Positions 39,015 through 49,827 are shown, numbered from the stretch's first letter. The stretch is DNA of 64,000 nucleotides from Acidobacteria bacterium RIFCSPLOWO2_12_FULL_54_10 (GCA_001767075.1 MEKX01000067.1:383-64382); one strand, 5' to 3'. Notes: generated from the letters alone by a model not told the origin. Program-made: numbers and translations.

Positions 39015-39482
39015 TTACGTCCCAGTTTTCGGACTATCCGTGGCGCTGATCAGATTGCGAATGTAGTTCACCAATTTCCATTTCTGGTCGTCCTTAAGCC
39101 GACCTTCCTGATTTGGCATATTGCCCTTGCCCTTGGTAATCATCGCAAATATAGCGCCGTCGCTGACTCCTTTCAGCGTTTCAGGATTCTTGAGATCTCG
39201 AATATCCCACTTTTGCTCTTGAGCTAAGCTGCCCTTCCCATCACCAGTCGTACCATGACACAGTGCACACTGGGATTCGAACAGGGATTTACCCTGACGA
39301 AGGCTTTCCTCATCTGGTTTCAATGGATTTTCAAGGGCTGCTTCTTGTGACGTGATTTTCCAATCCTGCAATTTTCCGTTTGCAGTGTCTTGAGCAGCGG
39401 CTGGTGATATTAGACAAACCACGGCCAGCAAACCTGGTATTTTTGGTATCCGCATCGTACTCCTCCCTGGGATAACGTTCAT
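39015..39482 (-). CDS. class I cytochrome c with signal peptide
   Basis: Signal peptide, single CALCHG haem site, Met-ligand region. Confidence 0.7.
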   Translation of the reverse strand: MNVIPGRSTMRIPKIPGLLAVVCLISPAAAQDTANGKLQDWKITSQEAALENPLKPDEESLRQGKSLFESQCALCHGTTGDGKGSLAQEQKWDIRDLKNPETLKGVSDGAIFAMITKGKGNMPNQEGRLKDDQKWKLVNYIRNLISATDSPKTGT

Positions 39483-39688
39483 CTTCGGATCGATTTTTAT
39501 AGCCGGGCGCCTTGCCAGTTAGGCACGACCAGCATGCGTGTGCGGAAATTGAGATAAGCAGAAGGGGTGCGTGCCTTCTTTACAACTAACCTGCCCCTTC
39601 ATCATTTGACTGGATGGTATCACGGATTCAGCGAGGATATAGGGAATATTACAGAGATTAATTAATCTTAGAGCGTGTTAGTTTCAGA

Positions 39689-40369
39689 TCATTTCATCCC
39701 CTGCCATCGCTTTACGATGCCGGGGTCTATTTGAAAAATATCTAAAACGCGTCCAACGGTGTGGTTGATGATATCGTCAACTGTTTTTGGGAAGTTATAA
39801 AACGCAGGAACCGGCGGAACTATTGTAGCGCCAATCTCGGCTGCCTCGGTCATTCTCCGGAGATGGCCGGTATGCAGCGGCGCTTCGCGAACCAAGAGCA
39901 CCAATGGGCGTTTTTCTTTCAATGTAACATCGGCTGCCCTGCACAGAAGGTCCTGGCTTATGGAACCAGCTATTGCCGACAATGTTTTCACAGAACACGG
40001 AGCAACGATCATCCCATCCACGTCGTATGAACCGCTGGATATAGGTGCGCCTATATCCTTTACATCATAGTAAACATGCGCTAAATCGCTCACCTGCCTG
40101 ACCGTATACTCCGTTTCAAAAGTGATCGTCTGGCAGGCGGCTTTGGAGATCACAAGATGAGTTTCTACGCCGGAAACTTCACGCAGAATTTCCAGCAACC
40201 GGATACCGTAAATGGCTCCAGTGGCGCCGGTGATCCCTATGATAATGCGTCTGATTTTAGCCTGAGATTCCTTGATAGGCGATGACAGCCTTTCATCAAG
40301 CGGTTTACTCTTGCGGCGGTATTTCGTGTTTGCCATGTTCGGTCTGTCACTGTATAGAAATTGTCCCAA
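39689..40369 (-). CDS. ubiX: flavin prenyltransferase UbiX
   Basis: IIIGITGATGAIYG N-terminal flavoprotein motif and conserved UbiX/Pad1 core (MIVAPCSVKTLSAIA). Confidence 0.85.
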   Translation of the reverse strand: MGQFLYSDRPNMANTKYRRKSKPLDERLSSPIKESQAKIRRIIIGITGATGAIYGIRLLEILREVSGVETHLVISKAACQTITFETEYTVRQVSDLAHVYYDVKDIGAPISSGSYDVDGMIVAPCSVKTLSAIAGSISQDLLCRAADVTLKEKRPLVLLVREAPLHTGHLRRMTEAAEIGATIVPPVPAFYNFPKTVDDIINHTVGRVLDIFQIDPGIVKRWQGMK

Positions 40370-40503
40370 TAATTGTAAAACGGTATCGTGCCATTTCCTA
40401 CAAATGTCAGAAGAATTCCTAATGATTTACATTTGTTAGCCGATAACTATTACGAGAAATCAGTGCGTTGCAGAGTTCATAAACGTCCCGCTGCACAAAG
40501 GCA

Positions 40504-41745
40504 TTGCGGAGGAATTGTACGAATCGAGACCATATGGTTGAGGCAACGGAACAACTGAGCCCGCTGGCGAGCGAGTTACGCCAGGGGTTGCAAAATAAGG
40601 AATTCCACCTAAATTATCAGCCTGTTTTCCATTTGGGTACGGAAAAGCTGGCTGGATTTGAAGCGCTGCTTCGCTGGATGCACCCCGAGCGCGGATGCCT
40701 TCATCCTGCCCAGTTTTTATCCATCGCAGAACGAAATGGTTTGATTGTTCCTCTAATGCAATTGGCATTGCGGGAAATGACCCGGCAAGTGTCACAATGG
40801 CACGCAGATTTGTCTGTGCCACCGGAATTCTTAGTAACTATGAATTTGCCATTTAAGTATCTTAAACAGTGTGATTTAGACCGAGACCTTGATGATTTAG
40901 TTCTCGATAATAACCTGATTCCGCAATTAATACGTTTTGAGCTGTCTGAAACGGATATTCCAGGCAACGAAGAATTTCTATCAAATGTGATTGATCGTTT
41001 GAACCGCAGGGGAATTCAAACACTCATTGATGATTTTGGCGCTGGGGAGGACCCGCGAGGTTCAATTTCACGGCTAAAATTTTCTGCTCTTAAAATTGAT
41101 CGCAGCGTGATTCGTAACCTGGATTCTCATTATGCCAAGCGGTGCGTGGGGGCCATCATTTCCTTAGCTCACGGCAATGGCATGGATGTTTATGCTAAAG
41201 GCATTGAAAACAAGGTCCAACTTAACTTATTACGGGAAATGGGTTGCACCATCGGTCAAGGGTTTTATTTTTCTTCTGCGCAAGAAAAAGACTCCGCGTC
41301 TTTATTTCTGTCCGAGAATCTCCAGGAAGATTCAGGCAGTGGTGTGCAAACATCTCGCCTGTTGCCGTTTGATCTATTCTCCGGCTTAAATTACGAAGAA
41401 CTAAACGAAGTTGCGGTGCAGTGTAAGGAAATTATTGTCCAGCCCGATGCTCTGGTGATTCGCCAAGGTCAGGTCGGCAACCGAATTTATTTCCTAGAGG
41501 AAGGATCTGTCTCCGTATACAAAGGTGATGCTGAGTCAGCAGTGATGCTGGGGATTTTCGAAGGTCCTACTGTATTTGGAGAAATGGCGATTATAGACCC
41601 TGAAAGAATTCGCACGGCAAATGTTCAGAGCGTCACCGCCCTGAAGGCTTTATCTATATCCATCGATACCTTCAAGCCGCTTCTGCGTCGCATGCCGACT
41701 CTTGCCGGCAATCTGAAATATCTGGTCAACTCGCGATCCCGCTAA
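40504..41745 (+). CDS. EAL-domain c-di-GMP phosphodiesterase fused to C-terminal cyclic-nucleotide-binding domain
   Basis: EAL motifs FEALLRW, ELSE, DDFGAG, KIDRS, then a cNMP-binding domain with FGEMAII...RTANV. ATG alternative at 40534. Confidence 0.75.
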   Translation: MRRNCTNRDHMVEATEQLSPLASELRQGLQNKEFHLNYQPVFHLGTEKLAGFEALLRWMHPERGCLHPAQFLSIAERNGLIVPLMQLALREMTRQVSQWHADLSVPPEFLVTMNLPFKYLKQCDLDRDLDDLVLDNNLIPQLIRFELSETDIPGNEEFLSNVIDRLNRRGIQTLIDDFGAGEDPRGSISRLKFSALKIDRSVIRNLDSHYAKRCVGAIISLAHGNGMDVYAKGIENKVQLNLLREMGCTIGQGFYFSSAQEKDSASLFLSENLQEDSGSGVQTSRLLPFDLFSGLNYEELNEVAVQCKEIIVQPDALVIRQGQVGNRIYFLEEGSVSVYKGDAESAVMLGIFEGPTVFGEMAIIDPERIRTANVQSVTALKALSISIDTFKPLLRRMPTLAGNLKYLVNSRSR

Positions 41746-41773
41746 CTGCTCCGCTCGGAAACCTTCCGCTGCA

Positions 41774-42331
41774 TCACACAGATAAAATTTCTTTTTCTTT
41801 ATTTTTCCCCGCTTCGTCCAGATGCGCAATAGCCTGATCGGTTACTTTTTGAACCTCGTCCAGCGCTTTACGCTCTTCGTCTTCAGCAATTTTCTTATCC
41901 TTGAGAAGTTTCTTGAAGGCTTCATTACAATCTCTCCGAAGATTTCGTGTAGCAGTTCTGTGTGCTTCTAAAACCTTATGCAGATGACGGACCAATTCCT
42001 TTCTTCTGTCCTCCGTTAAGGTCGGAATCGGAATACGAATTACTTTCCCGTCATTGGCAGGATTTAAGCCGAGGTCAGAGCCGCGAATCGCTTTATCTAT
42101 CATCGGCAGAACGCTTGGATCCCACGGAGCCACCATCAAGGTAGTGGGATCTGATACGGACAGCTTGGCTAGTTCTTTCAGTTGCGTCGGTGTGTCGAAA
42201 TAATCGACACGAATATGATCCAGGATGCTTAACGAAGCGCGGCCCGTGCGTATTGCAGCCAGTTCGTTGCGCAGATCGTGCTCAACTTTTTCCATCTTCT
42301 TCTTGGCTTCCTGAATGAGTGTATTTGTCAT
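41774..42331 (-). CDS. frr: ribosome recycling factor
   Basis: Full-length Frr. Start placed at MTNTLIQEAKKKME. Confidence 0.9.
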   Translation of the reverse strand: MTNTLIQEAKKKMEKVEHDLRNELAAIRTGRASLSILDHIRVDYFDTPTQLKELAKLSVSDPTTLMVAPWDPSVLPMIDKAIRGSDLGLNPANDGKVIRIPIPTLTEDRRKELVRHLHKVLEAHRTATRNLRRDCNEAFKKLLKDKKIAEDEERKALDEVQKVTDQAIAHLDEAGKNKEKEILSV

Positions 42332-42361
42332 GTTTGTATTTAGACCTCGCAATTCGTGCGA

Positions 42362-43081
42362 CTACTTAGTCACCATTGAACCAACCTTTTCCCCTTGGAT
42401 CACCCGCAGGATGTTGCCGGGCACATTCAGGTTAAATACTATGATCGGGAGATTATTCTCGCGGCACAGTGAGATGGCGGTAGCGTCCATAACCCTTAGG
42501 TTTTGCGACAATATCTCCCGGTACGTAATTGCTGGAAACATCTTAGCGTCTTTAACTTGAATGGGATCGGCATCATAAATGCCATCCACTTTGGTCGCTT
42601 TCAAGATGACTTCCGCGCGCACTTCCATGGCCCGAAGGGCTGCGGCAGTGTCCGTGGAAAAATAGGGGTTTCCGGTGCCCGCTGCGAAAATGACCACGCG
42701 GCCTTTTTCCAGGTGTCGAATGGCGCGGCGGCGGATGAATGGCTCGCCAATTTGGTCCATGGAAATTGCCGTCATCACGCGCGTGGGCACGGATATCTTC
42801 TCCATAGCGTCTTGAAGTGCCAGTGCATTGATGACCGTAGCCAGCATCCCCATGTGGTCTGCTGCCACTCGGTCCATTTTTTTAGCCGAGGCTGCTATGC
42901 CGCGGAATATGTTTCCACCGCCAATGACCAGCGCCATCTCGACGCCGCTGGCGTGAACATCCCTAATCTCTTCCGCAATTTGGATAGCGCGATCAGGATC
43001 TACACCATATCCCTGACTTCCGCCCAGCACCTCTCCGCTGAGTTTCAACAGGATACGGTTGAAGATGGGTTTGGTTCCCAT
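42362..43081 (-). CDS. pyrH: UMP kinase
   Basis: [10 protein letters not shown]-terminus and [17 protein letters not shown] motif. Confidence 0.92.
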   Translation of the reverse strand: MGTKPIFNRILLKLSGEVLGGSQGYGVDPDRAIQIAEEIRDVHASGVEMALVIGGGNIFRGIAASAKKMDRVAADHMGMLATVINALALQDAMEKISVPTRVMTAISMDQIGEPFIRRRAIRHLEKGRVVIFAAGTGNPYFSTDTAAALRAMEVRAEVILKATKVDGIYDADPIQVKDAKMFPAITYREILSQNLRVMDATAISLCRENNLPIIVFNLNVPGNILRVIQGEKVGSMVTK

Positions 43082-43090
43082 GGGAGGAAA

Positions 43091-43726
43091 CTATTGGCTG
43101 ACCGCTGATGGTTGGTTGGATGTGTCGCCCACTTTGAAGCGAACGAATCGCCGCAATGTGATGTTTTCACCAAGCTTTCCAATGGCAGCGGCAATTACCT
43201 GACTCACCGTCTGGCTTGGATCTTTGATAAAGTGTTGGTCAAGAAGGCAGACTTCCTCGTAGAATTTTTCCATCTTGCCTTCAATGATCTTCTCGACTAC
43301 TTTTTCCGGCTTTCCCGATGCCAATGCCTGCGTCCGGTAGATATCTTTCTCTTTGGCCAATATTTCCTGAGTGACTTCGTCTTTGCTTAGGAATCGCGGG
43401 TCAGTTGCAGCAATGTGCATAGCAATATCATGTGAAAGTTGCTGAAATACGTCCGTCCGCGCGACGAAGTCGGATTCGCAATTCAGCTCAATCATCACGC
43501 CGATCTTACCGCCGGCATGGATATAAGAGCCGACAAGTCCTTCCAGTGTGGCTCTGCCAGCGCGCTTTTGCGCCGAAGCCAGGCCACGCTTGCGCAGCAC
43601 GACCTCAGCTCCCGCAAGGTCCCCCTTGGCTTCCGTGAGCGCTAATTTGCAGTCCATCCACGGCGCTCCAGTCTTATCTCTTAAATCCTTGACCATTTGA
43701 GCCGTAATCCGCTGTTCTGAAGACAT
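43091..43726 (-). CDS. tsf: elongation factor Ts (short form)
   Basis: ITAQMVKDLRDKTGAPWMDCKLAL UBA-like N-terminus and EF-Ts core. Confidence 0.9.
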   Translation of the reverse strand: MSSEQRITAQMVKDLRDKTGAPWMDCKLALTEAKGDLAGAEVVLRKRGLASAQKRAGRATLEGLVGSYIHAGGKIGVMIELNCESDFVARTDVFQQLSHDIAMHIAATDPRFLSKDEVTQEILAKEKDIYRTQALASGKPEKVVEKIIEGKMEKFYEEVCLLDQHFIKDPSQTVSQVIAAAIGKLGENITLRRFVRFKVGDTSNQPSAVSQ

Positions 43727-43867
43727 GCTTGGTTAATACGTCCTATTCTTTATTGGTAGCTTAGCGTAGCTTGTAATGATTACGATAGCGCAGCTTCGTA
43801 AGATACTTATCGGTAACGCTGGTTTGTCATAACTTAAATTCGATGCGACAGGAAATCGAATATCACT

Positions 43868-44761
43868 TCAAAAACTGTGGCGGGCCGTAACATTGGTAGT
43901 GCCGTATGATTCATCGCCTTCAGCCTGATCTTCACTAGTGGCAGGTTCGCTAAATGGCATATCCACAATCGGCTCACTGCTCGTTGAAGCTGCTGGTTCT
44001 TGGATAGCTGCGAGCGGTGCACCGGCTTCTTCGGCTTCATCGGCTGCTATCCTGTCACGCTCCATTACACTTTCTGCAGCCATTTGTTTGCCCTCTAAGA
44101 CTGCATCAGCAATTTTGGAAGTGAATAATCGAATGGCTCTCAGCGCATCATCGTTGCCGGGAATGGGCCAATCGACTTGTCCTGGATCACAATTGGTGTC
44201 CACCACGCCAATCACGGGTATGCCCAGCTTCTTGGCTTCCTTTACAGCGATCTCTTCCTTGAACGAATCCACCACGAAAAGCGCATCCGGCAGCACCGGC
44301 AGGTTCTTGATTCCGGCAAGATTCTGCTCCAAATGCTTGCGCTCGCGCTCGAGCCGAATCACTTCTTTCTTCGGTAGCAGCTCATAGCGGCCATTCTGGG
44401 ACATATCGTCGAGATCTTTCAACCGCTGGATCGATTTTTGTATGGTCGTAAAATTGGTCAGCAAACCGCCGAGCCAGCGCTGGTTGATGTAATACATTTC
44501 ACATCTCTTGGCTTCTTCTGCGATAGCTTCTTGCGCTTGGCGCTTGGTCCCTACAAACAGGATGAGCTTGCCTTCTGCCGCCAGTTGCGTTGCAAATCGA
44601 GATGCTTCCTTAAACATTCGGAGGGTTTTCTGGAGATCGATGATGTGTATTCCATTTCGCTCGCCAAATATAAACTCCTTCATTTTCGGGTTCCACCGTT
44701 TGGTTTGATGGCCAAAGTGGACTCCCGCCTCCAGCAATTCTTTCATTGGAATCGTCGGCAA
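43868..44761 (-). CDS. rpsB: 30S ribosomal protein S2 with acidic C-terminal extension
   Basis: [23 protein letters not shown]-terminus. C-terminal ~50 aa are Glu/Ala/Ser-rich. Confidence 0.92.
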   Translation of the reverse strand: MPTIPMKELLEAGVHFGHQTKRWNPKMKEFIFGERNGIHIIDLQKTLRMFKEASRFATQLAAEGKLILFVGTKRQAQEAIAEEAKRCEMYYINQRWLGGLLTNFTTIQKSIQRLKDLDDMSQNGRYELLPKKEVIRLERERKHLEQNLAGIKNLPVLPDALFVVDSFKEEIAVKEAKKLGIPVIGVVDTNCDPGQVDWPIPGNDDALRAIRLFTSKIADAVLEGKQMAAESVMERDRIAADEAEEAGAPLAAIQEPAASTSSEPIVDMPFSEPATSEDQAEGDESYGTTNVTARHSF

Positions 44762-44843
44762 ACACCCTCCTTATACTATTAATCAAATTCTTATCGTGTG
44801 CTTTATTTTAGCACTCTTCCGGATGCACGGGGAGCTTCCGGTA

Positions 44844-45245
44844 TTACCGCTTGGAGAACTGGAAGCGCTTGCGGGCGCCTTTCTGCCCGTATTTCTTCCG
44901 TTCTTTCGCTCTGGGGTCGCGTGTCAGCAAGCCCAGCTTTTTCAACTGAGGCCGCAACTCCGCATTAAAACGAAGCAGTGCTCGTGCTATGCCTAATCTG
45001 GCTGCTCCGGCCTGGCTATTTACGCCGCCGCCGTTGACCGTAATGAGCACATCAAAATCCTTCTGCTTTTCTATCGATAACAAAGGAACTCGCACGGTCA
45101 CCCTCTGCGTTTCCGATGGGAAATATGCGTCCAAGGTGCGGCCGTTTACCTTGTAATCTCCACTGCCTGGCCTAAGAAATACCCTGGCTATGCTCTTCTT
45201 CCGCCGGCCTGTTCCCAAATACTGCGTTTTTGCAACTGCGCTCAT
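44844..45245 (-). CDS. rpsI: 30S ribosomal protein S9
   Basis: Ends in the canonical ...KRFQFSKR tail. Confidence 0.92.
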   Translation of the reverse strand: MSAVAKTQYLGTGRRKKSIARVFLRPGSGDYKVNGRTLDAYFPSETQRVTVRVPLLSIEKQKDFDVLITVNGGGVNSQAGAARLGIARALLRFNAELRPQLKKLGLLTRDPRAKERKKYGQKGARKRFQFSKR

Positions 45246-45248
45246 AGA

Positions 45249-45689
45249 TTACTTCGCCTTCTCCAACTGTAATATTTGCGGCTTTTGTGCTTGGTGTGGG
45301 TGCTTGTCATCCACATACACCATCAATTTTTTCCCCATGGCTCTCCCAAGTTTACCCCTCGGAAGCATGCCCAGAATCGCATCTTCCACGATTCTCTCCG
45401 GGTGCTCCGCGGACTGAATCCGCGCCGTCTTTTCCTTTAATCCACCTGGATATCCGCTATAGGATCGATACATCTTCTTCTCTAACTTATTCCCAGTAAA
45501 ACGAATCTTTGCTGCATTTAGCACGATTACATGATCTCCGAGGTCTAAAAACGGGGTATAGACTTCCTTGTGCTTTCCTCGTAAAATTGTTGCCACTTGG
45601 GTAGCCAGACGGCCCAGCACCTGGCCATTGGCATCCACCACAAACCATTTTTTAACAATTTCCCCTTCTTTGGGGAGATAAGTGTTCAT
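45249..45689 (-). CDS. rplM: 50S ribosomal protein L13
   Basis: MNTYLPKEGEIVKKWFVVDANGQVLGRLA N-terminus, chosen over the longer upstream ORF start. Confidence 0.9.
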   Translation of the reverse strand: MNTYLPKEGEIVKKWFVVDANGQVLGRLATQVATILRGKHKEVYTPFLDLGDHVIVLNAAKIRFTGNKLEKKMYRSYSGYPGGLKEKTARIQSAEHPERIVEDAILGMLPRGKLGRAMGKKLMVYVDDKHPHQAQKPQILQLEKAK

Positions 45690-45850
45690 TTGCTCTTCCT
45701 TTGCAAGATGTTCCAATCGTTTAGAATAGCCAGCTATAGCAGTATTGTCAAGGAATCCATCGGCTTGCCGGCGGCAAGTTACTGTTCGCTTGGGGCTTAA
45801 TATACTGACCTACTTTACGGCTTGTACCCTAACCGATGTAAACTGAAATC

Positions 45851-46705
45851 GTGGTTAACCAGGATATTCGACGAGCTTGCTCCACCCATTTTTACGACGT
45901 CGATTGCGAGAAGTTTTTGCGTAATTTCCTTGCCGAGTTTCATGCTTCTCCCCAACCGGATAGCATTGTGGCCGGTGTTGTTCCCCATGCTGGCTGGGTC
46001 TATTCCGGGGCGGTAGCGGCACAGGTTTTTGAGAATATCCGAAAAAAAACTTCACCAGGAACTTTTATCATCCTCGGCGCCGTTCACCGCTGGGCAGGAA
46101 TCAATAGCGTATACGCTCGTGGGGCCTGGGAAACACCTTTTGGCAACATGCTTATTGACGAAGAGTTGGCGGAAAATATCTTGCAGGCAACTGCTTCTTG
46201 GACCGTAGAAGAACCCAAGGCTCACAGTGGCGAACATTCCATCGAAGTTCAGTTGCCCATGTTGAAGTTGTTATTCCCTAATTCCAAAATTATTCCTATT
46301 GCAATTAATCCTGACTCTCGTGCCGTTCCCATTGGGCGTACCATTGGTCAAATCGTCAAAACTAGCAAACAACACACTGTCATAATCGGTTCGACGGACT
46401 TGACTCACTACGGGGATGTTTATGGATTCACGCCGATGGGTTACGGTCCCCGCGCCCATGCTTGGTTTCGAGACAACGACAACCGCATCCTTCGCCTAGC
46501 CGAGGAAATGCAGGCGGAGGAAATAGTCCCGGAATCGCAAGAGCACGATAACGCCTGCGGAGCAGGCGCGCTGGCAGCCACTGTTGCTGCGGCTCGTGAA
46601 TTAGGCGCCATACATGGGTATGTGATTGAGCATACGGACAGTTTCTCCGTCGTCCCTGAAAAGGAATTCCGCATGGGAGTCGGCTATGCGGGAATTCTTT
46701 TCTGA
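45851..46705 (+). CDS. MEMO1-family protein (AmmeMemoRadiSam system protein B-like)
   Basis: VPHAGWVYSG and downstream His/Asp cluster typical of Memo-like extradiol-dioxygenase fold. Confidence 0.7.
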   Translation: MVNQDIRRACSTHFYDVDCEKFLRNFLAEFHASPQPDSIVAGVVPHAGWVYSGAVAAQVFENIRKKTSPGTFIILGAVHRWAGINSVYARGAWETPFGNMLIDEELAENILQATASWTVEEPKAHSGEHSIEVQLPMLKLLFPNSKIIPIAINPDSRAVPIGRTIGQIVKTSKQHTVIIGSTDLTHYGDVYGFTPMGYGPRAHAWFRDNDNRILRLAEEMQAEEIVPESQEHDNACGAGALAATVAAARELGAIHGYVIEHTDSFSVVPEKEFRMGVGYAGILF

Positions 46706-46892
46706 GGCAATTGGATATGCGGATTTTACAGAGTTCCCACGGCTCTGCCAGATGAAGAAGAAACTCCCTTTGAAAATCCTCGTACTTCCTCTCCGGATTC
46801 TGAATCTTGATGGGATTGAATCATCTCCTGAACCATTAGATGACTGTAAGTTTAGTGATATTGTATAAGATAGGATTTAAGGATATGGCATT

Positions 46893-47939
46893 ATGATTTC
46901 GGCTGATTCCTATCAAAGTACCAACGGAAAACCGCGCATCGAGCGTGTCTTCCCGCAGGCAGCAGTGCCTGGAGGCGAATTGCAAGTCTGGGGCAGTGGC
47001 TTCTATTCCCACGGTTCATCCCGCGCGCTTGTCCAGTTTGGCAGCATTGAAGGTTCCTTATTGGTCAGTTCCGACCGCTACTTAGTAACTCGCGTCCCAG
47101 ATGGCGCGGTTAGCTGTAATCTTCTTGTCGCAAATGAAAATATCTCCAGCGCCCCTTTCCCGGTGGAGATCGGCGCTTCAATCGCTGACGAAGTTCATCC
47201 AGTCGCTAACCCTGCGGTTGATCACGATGGAAACATCTTTGTAACCTTCAGTGGCCAGCGTGGCCAAAAGGTTCCGGTTTGCGTTTATAAGATTGATGCT
47301 AACCACGACAAAAAACCTTTTCTGACCGAGCCGATGAACCCAACTGGCATGGTATTTGATGCAGAAGGGTATCTGTACATTTCCAGCCGCAACGACGGCA
47401 ACATCTATCGCGCTTCTCCCAATGGAACCTTGACTGTCTATGCGGAAGGAATGGGCATCGCTACGGGTCTTGCGTTCGATCATCAGGGTTTTCTGTACGT
47501 CGGCGACCGCAGCGGCACCGTGTTCAAAATTTCTCCGGATCGCAAGATATTCGTCTTCGCTACCTTGGAGCCTAGCATCTCGGCATACCACTTAGCCTTT
47601 GGCCCCGATGGATTTCTCTATATCACCGGCCCTACAACGTCTAGCTACGATTCCGTAAACCGCATATCCACCAATGGCGATGTTGAGAAATTTTACCGCG
47701 GCTTGGGCAGACCTCAAGGGATGGCATTCGACATTGCCGGAAATCTTTATGTGGCTGCATCGCAGGGCGGTCGCAAGGGAATTTTCCGTATCAATCCTGC
47801 CAGGCAATGTGAGCTGGTCATTGCCGGCACAGGGCTTGTCGGCTTGGCATTCATGAAAGGGCCTGCCGTTATCCTGGCTAGCAACCAATCCTTATTCCAT
47901 CTTAATTGGGATGTAAAAGGTATGCCGCTCATGGGGTAG
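46893..47939 (+). CDS. IPT/TIG-domain plus NHL/SMP-30-like beta-propeller repeat protein
   Basis: N-terminal ~100-aa Ig-like IPT segment, then repeated ...GxxFDxxGxLYVxD... NHL-like blades. Confidence 0.55.
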   Translation: MISADSYQSTNGKPRIERVFPQAAVPGGELQVWGSGFYSHGSSRALVQFGSIEGSLLVSSDRYLVTRVPDGAVSCNLLVANENISSAPFPVEIGASIADEVHPVANPAVDHDGNIFVTFSGQRGQKVPVCVYKIDANHDKKPFLTEPMNPTGMVFDAEGYLYISSRNDGNIYRASPNGTLTVYAEGMGIATGLAFDHQGFLYVGDRSGTVFKISPDRKIFVFATLEPSISAYHLAFGPDGFLYITGPTTSSYDSVNRISTNGDVEKFYRGLGRPQGMAFDIAGNLYVAASQGGRKGIFRINPARQCELVIAGTGLVGLAFMKGPAVILASNQSLFHLNWDVKGMPLMG

Positions 47940-47997
47940 TTCTTGCGCATTCCCTGCCCCCTACTGATCCAAATTGTTGATGTGCTCAACTGACGAG

Positions 47998-49242
47998 ATG
48001 GTCGCAGAAATCATCGCTATTGGTTCCGAACTGCTTACACCTCATCGCACCGACACGAATTCCCTTTTTATAACCGATCATTTGAATCGCATCGGAATCG
48101 AGGTGGTTCTTAGAACAATTGTAGGAGACGACCGCGAGCGATTGACTCAGGCGCTGGCATTGGCGCTGCAACGATCCGATATCATCATTACATCTGGCGG
48201 CCTCGGGCCAACCGAGGATGATTTAACTCGCGAGTGTGCCGCAGCAGCTCTGGGTAAAACAATGTACCGGGACAGCTCTCTGCTCAATGAAATTGAGGAA
48301 CGCTTCCGGTCCCGCGGACTCACGATGCCCTCTGTTAATTTACGGCAGTCGATGGTCATCGAGGGTGCCCAAGTGCTCAGAAACCCTCGCGGCACTGCTC
48401 CAGGACAATGGATCAATCATGACGGCAAAATGCTGATCCTTCTTCCAGGACCTCCTCGCGAGTTGCAGCCGATGTTTGAAGAGATTTGCATTCCTCTGTT
48501 ACAGAGAACAGGGCCGCCATCGGTCCTCCTCGCCAGATCATTGCGTATCACGGGCCTCACCGAGTCTGCCGTCGAGGAACTTGCGGCTCCGATTTACACT
48601 CAATACAACAATCCGGTCACCACAATTCTGGCATCCCCTGGAGACGTTCAGCTTCATCTCCGAGCCAAAGCAAGTCAATATTCTGAAGCGAAGTCGTTGT
48701 TGGACGAACTCTCCTGCCAATTGGAAGCGAAACTGCGTAATTACATCTATTCCACCAACGGAGATTGTCTGGAGAAAGTCGTTGGAAATCTTTTGCATCA
48801 GCAAGGGCAAACTCTGGCTGTCGCCGAGAGTTGCACCGGCGGCCTTCTGGCGGAACGAATCACCGATGTTCCTGGCAGTTCGGATTACTTTCTTGGCGGC
48901 TTCGTATGTTACAGCGATTCATGGAAGTTGAACTTTCTGGATGTGCCAGCGGATGTTTTAGAAAAGCATGGTGCTGTGAGCGAACCCGTAGCCAGGCTTC
49001 TCGCAGAGGGAGTGCGTAAAAAAGCAGGCTCCACTTACGGCATCGGCATCACGGGAATCGCCGGTCCGTCTGGATCGACTCCATCCAAACCCGTAGGGCT
49101 GGTTTATCTGGCTCTCGCCGCTCCAAAAGAAACTCAGGTCTTGCAGCGTCTTTATCCGGGCGAAAGGGAAATCATACGCTGGCAGTCCACACAAGCTGCT
49201 CTGGACATGCTGCGACGAATGATCGTCAGCACAATGAAGTAA
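47998..49242 (+). CDS. cinA: CinA-family competence/damage-inducible protein (NMN deamidase)
   Basis: MVAEIIAIGSELL MoCF-like N-domain and C-terminal CinA domain (AVAESCTGGLLA). Confidence 0.85.
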   Translation: MVAEIIAIGSELLTPHRTDTNSLFITDHLNRIGIEVVLRTIVGDDRERLTQALALALQRSDIIITSGGLGPTEDDLTRECAAAALGKTMYRDSSLLNEIEERFRSRGLTMPSVNLRQSMVIEGAQVLRNPRGTAPGQWINHDGKMLILLPGPPRELQPMFEEICIPLLQRTGPPSVLLARSLRITGLTESAVEELAAPIYTQYNNPVTTILASPGDVQLHLRAKASQYSEAKSLLDELSCQLEAKLRNYIYSTNGDCLEKVVGNLLHQQGQTLAVAESCTGGLLAERITDVPGSSDYFLGGFVCYSDSWKLNFLDVPADVLEKHGAVSEPVARLLAEGVRKKAGSTYGIGITGIAGPSGSTPSKPVGLVYLALAAPKETQVLQRLYPGEREIIRWQSTQAALDMLRRMIVSTMK

Positions 49243-49260
49243 GCTGTATTTCTTTCCATC

Positions 49261-49827
49261 ATGCGTTTATTTATTGCCATTGATCTTCCTGAGGAAATTC
49301 GCAGCAAAATCTCTGACCTTTTAGATCAACTCAAACCAATGACGCGCAATGTACGTTGGTCACGCCCGGAGACCATGCATATCACTCTCAAATTCCTCGG
49401 AGAAACATCCCCGGACATAATGCGTTCCGTTAGCAATCGGCTCAGCACATTAACAAATTCCCTTCCCTTTCACTTGCGTATCCAGGGTGCCGGGTATTTC
49501 CCCAGTGAAGTCTCACCCAATATCATCTGGTTGGGTATTGAGGCCGGCCCGCCTTTGGAAACCCTCGCAAACAAAATTGAGGCATGCCTTGTTCCTTTGG
49601 GTTTCCAAAAAGAAACTCGGCCCTTTTCGCCTCACCTCACTCTTGGCCGTCTTCGCAGCAAGGACTCTATTCCAGTCGTTAGGCAGTTTCTTTCAGACCC
49701 TGATCGCACGAATTTTGGCAGCGGATTTGAAGTGCGCGAGTTTCACTTATATGAAAGCCAGCTATCTCCGGGCGGCTCGGTATATCATAAGATTGCGCGA
49801 TTTCCGCTGGTATCCACATCAAAATGA
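49261..49827 (+). CDS. thpR: RNA 2',3'-cyclic phosphodiesterase (2H family)
   Basis: Two HxT/S motifs: HITLKFLGE and HLTLGRL. Confidence 0.85.
   Translation: MRLFIAIDLPEEIRSKISDLLDQLKPMTRNVRWSRPETMHITLKFLGETSPDIMRSVSNRLSTLTNSLPFHLRIQGAGYFPSEVSPNIIWLGIEAGPPLETLANKIEACLVPLGFQKETRPFSPHLTLGRLRSKDSIPVVRQFLSDPDRTNFGSGFEVREFHLYESQLSPGGSVYHKIARFPLVSTSK

Noticed and set aside
39545-39575. Hairpin AGAAGG-GGTGCGTG-CCTTCT between ubiX and the cytochrome c gene, as a terminator
   Set aside because: On the transcribed (minus) strand it is not followed by a U-tract, and the 6-bp stem is weak.
45851-46705. Complete AmmeMemoRadiSam three-gene system
   Set aside because: Only the Memo-like (protein B) gene is present. 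The AMMECR1 and radical-SAM partners are absent from the window.
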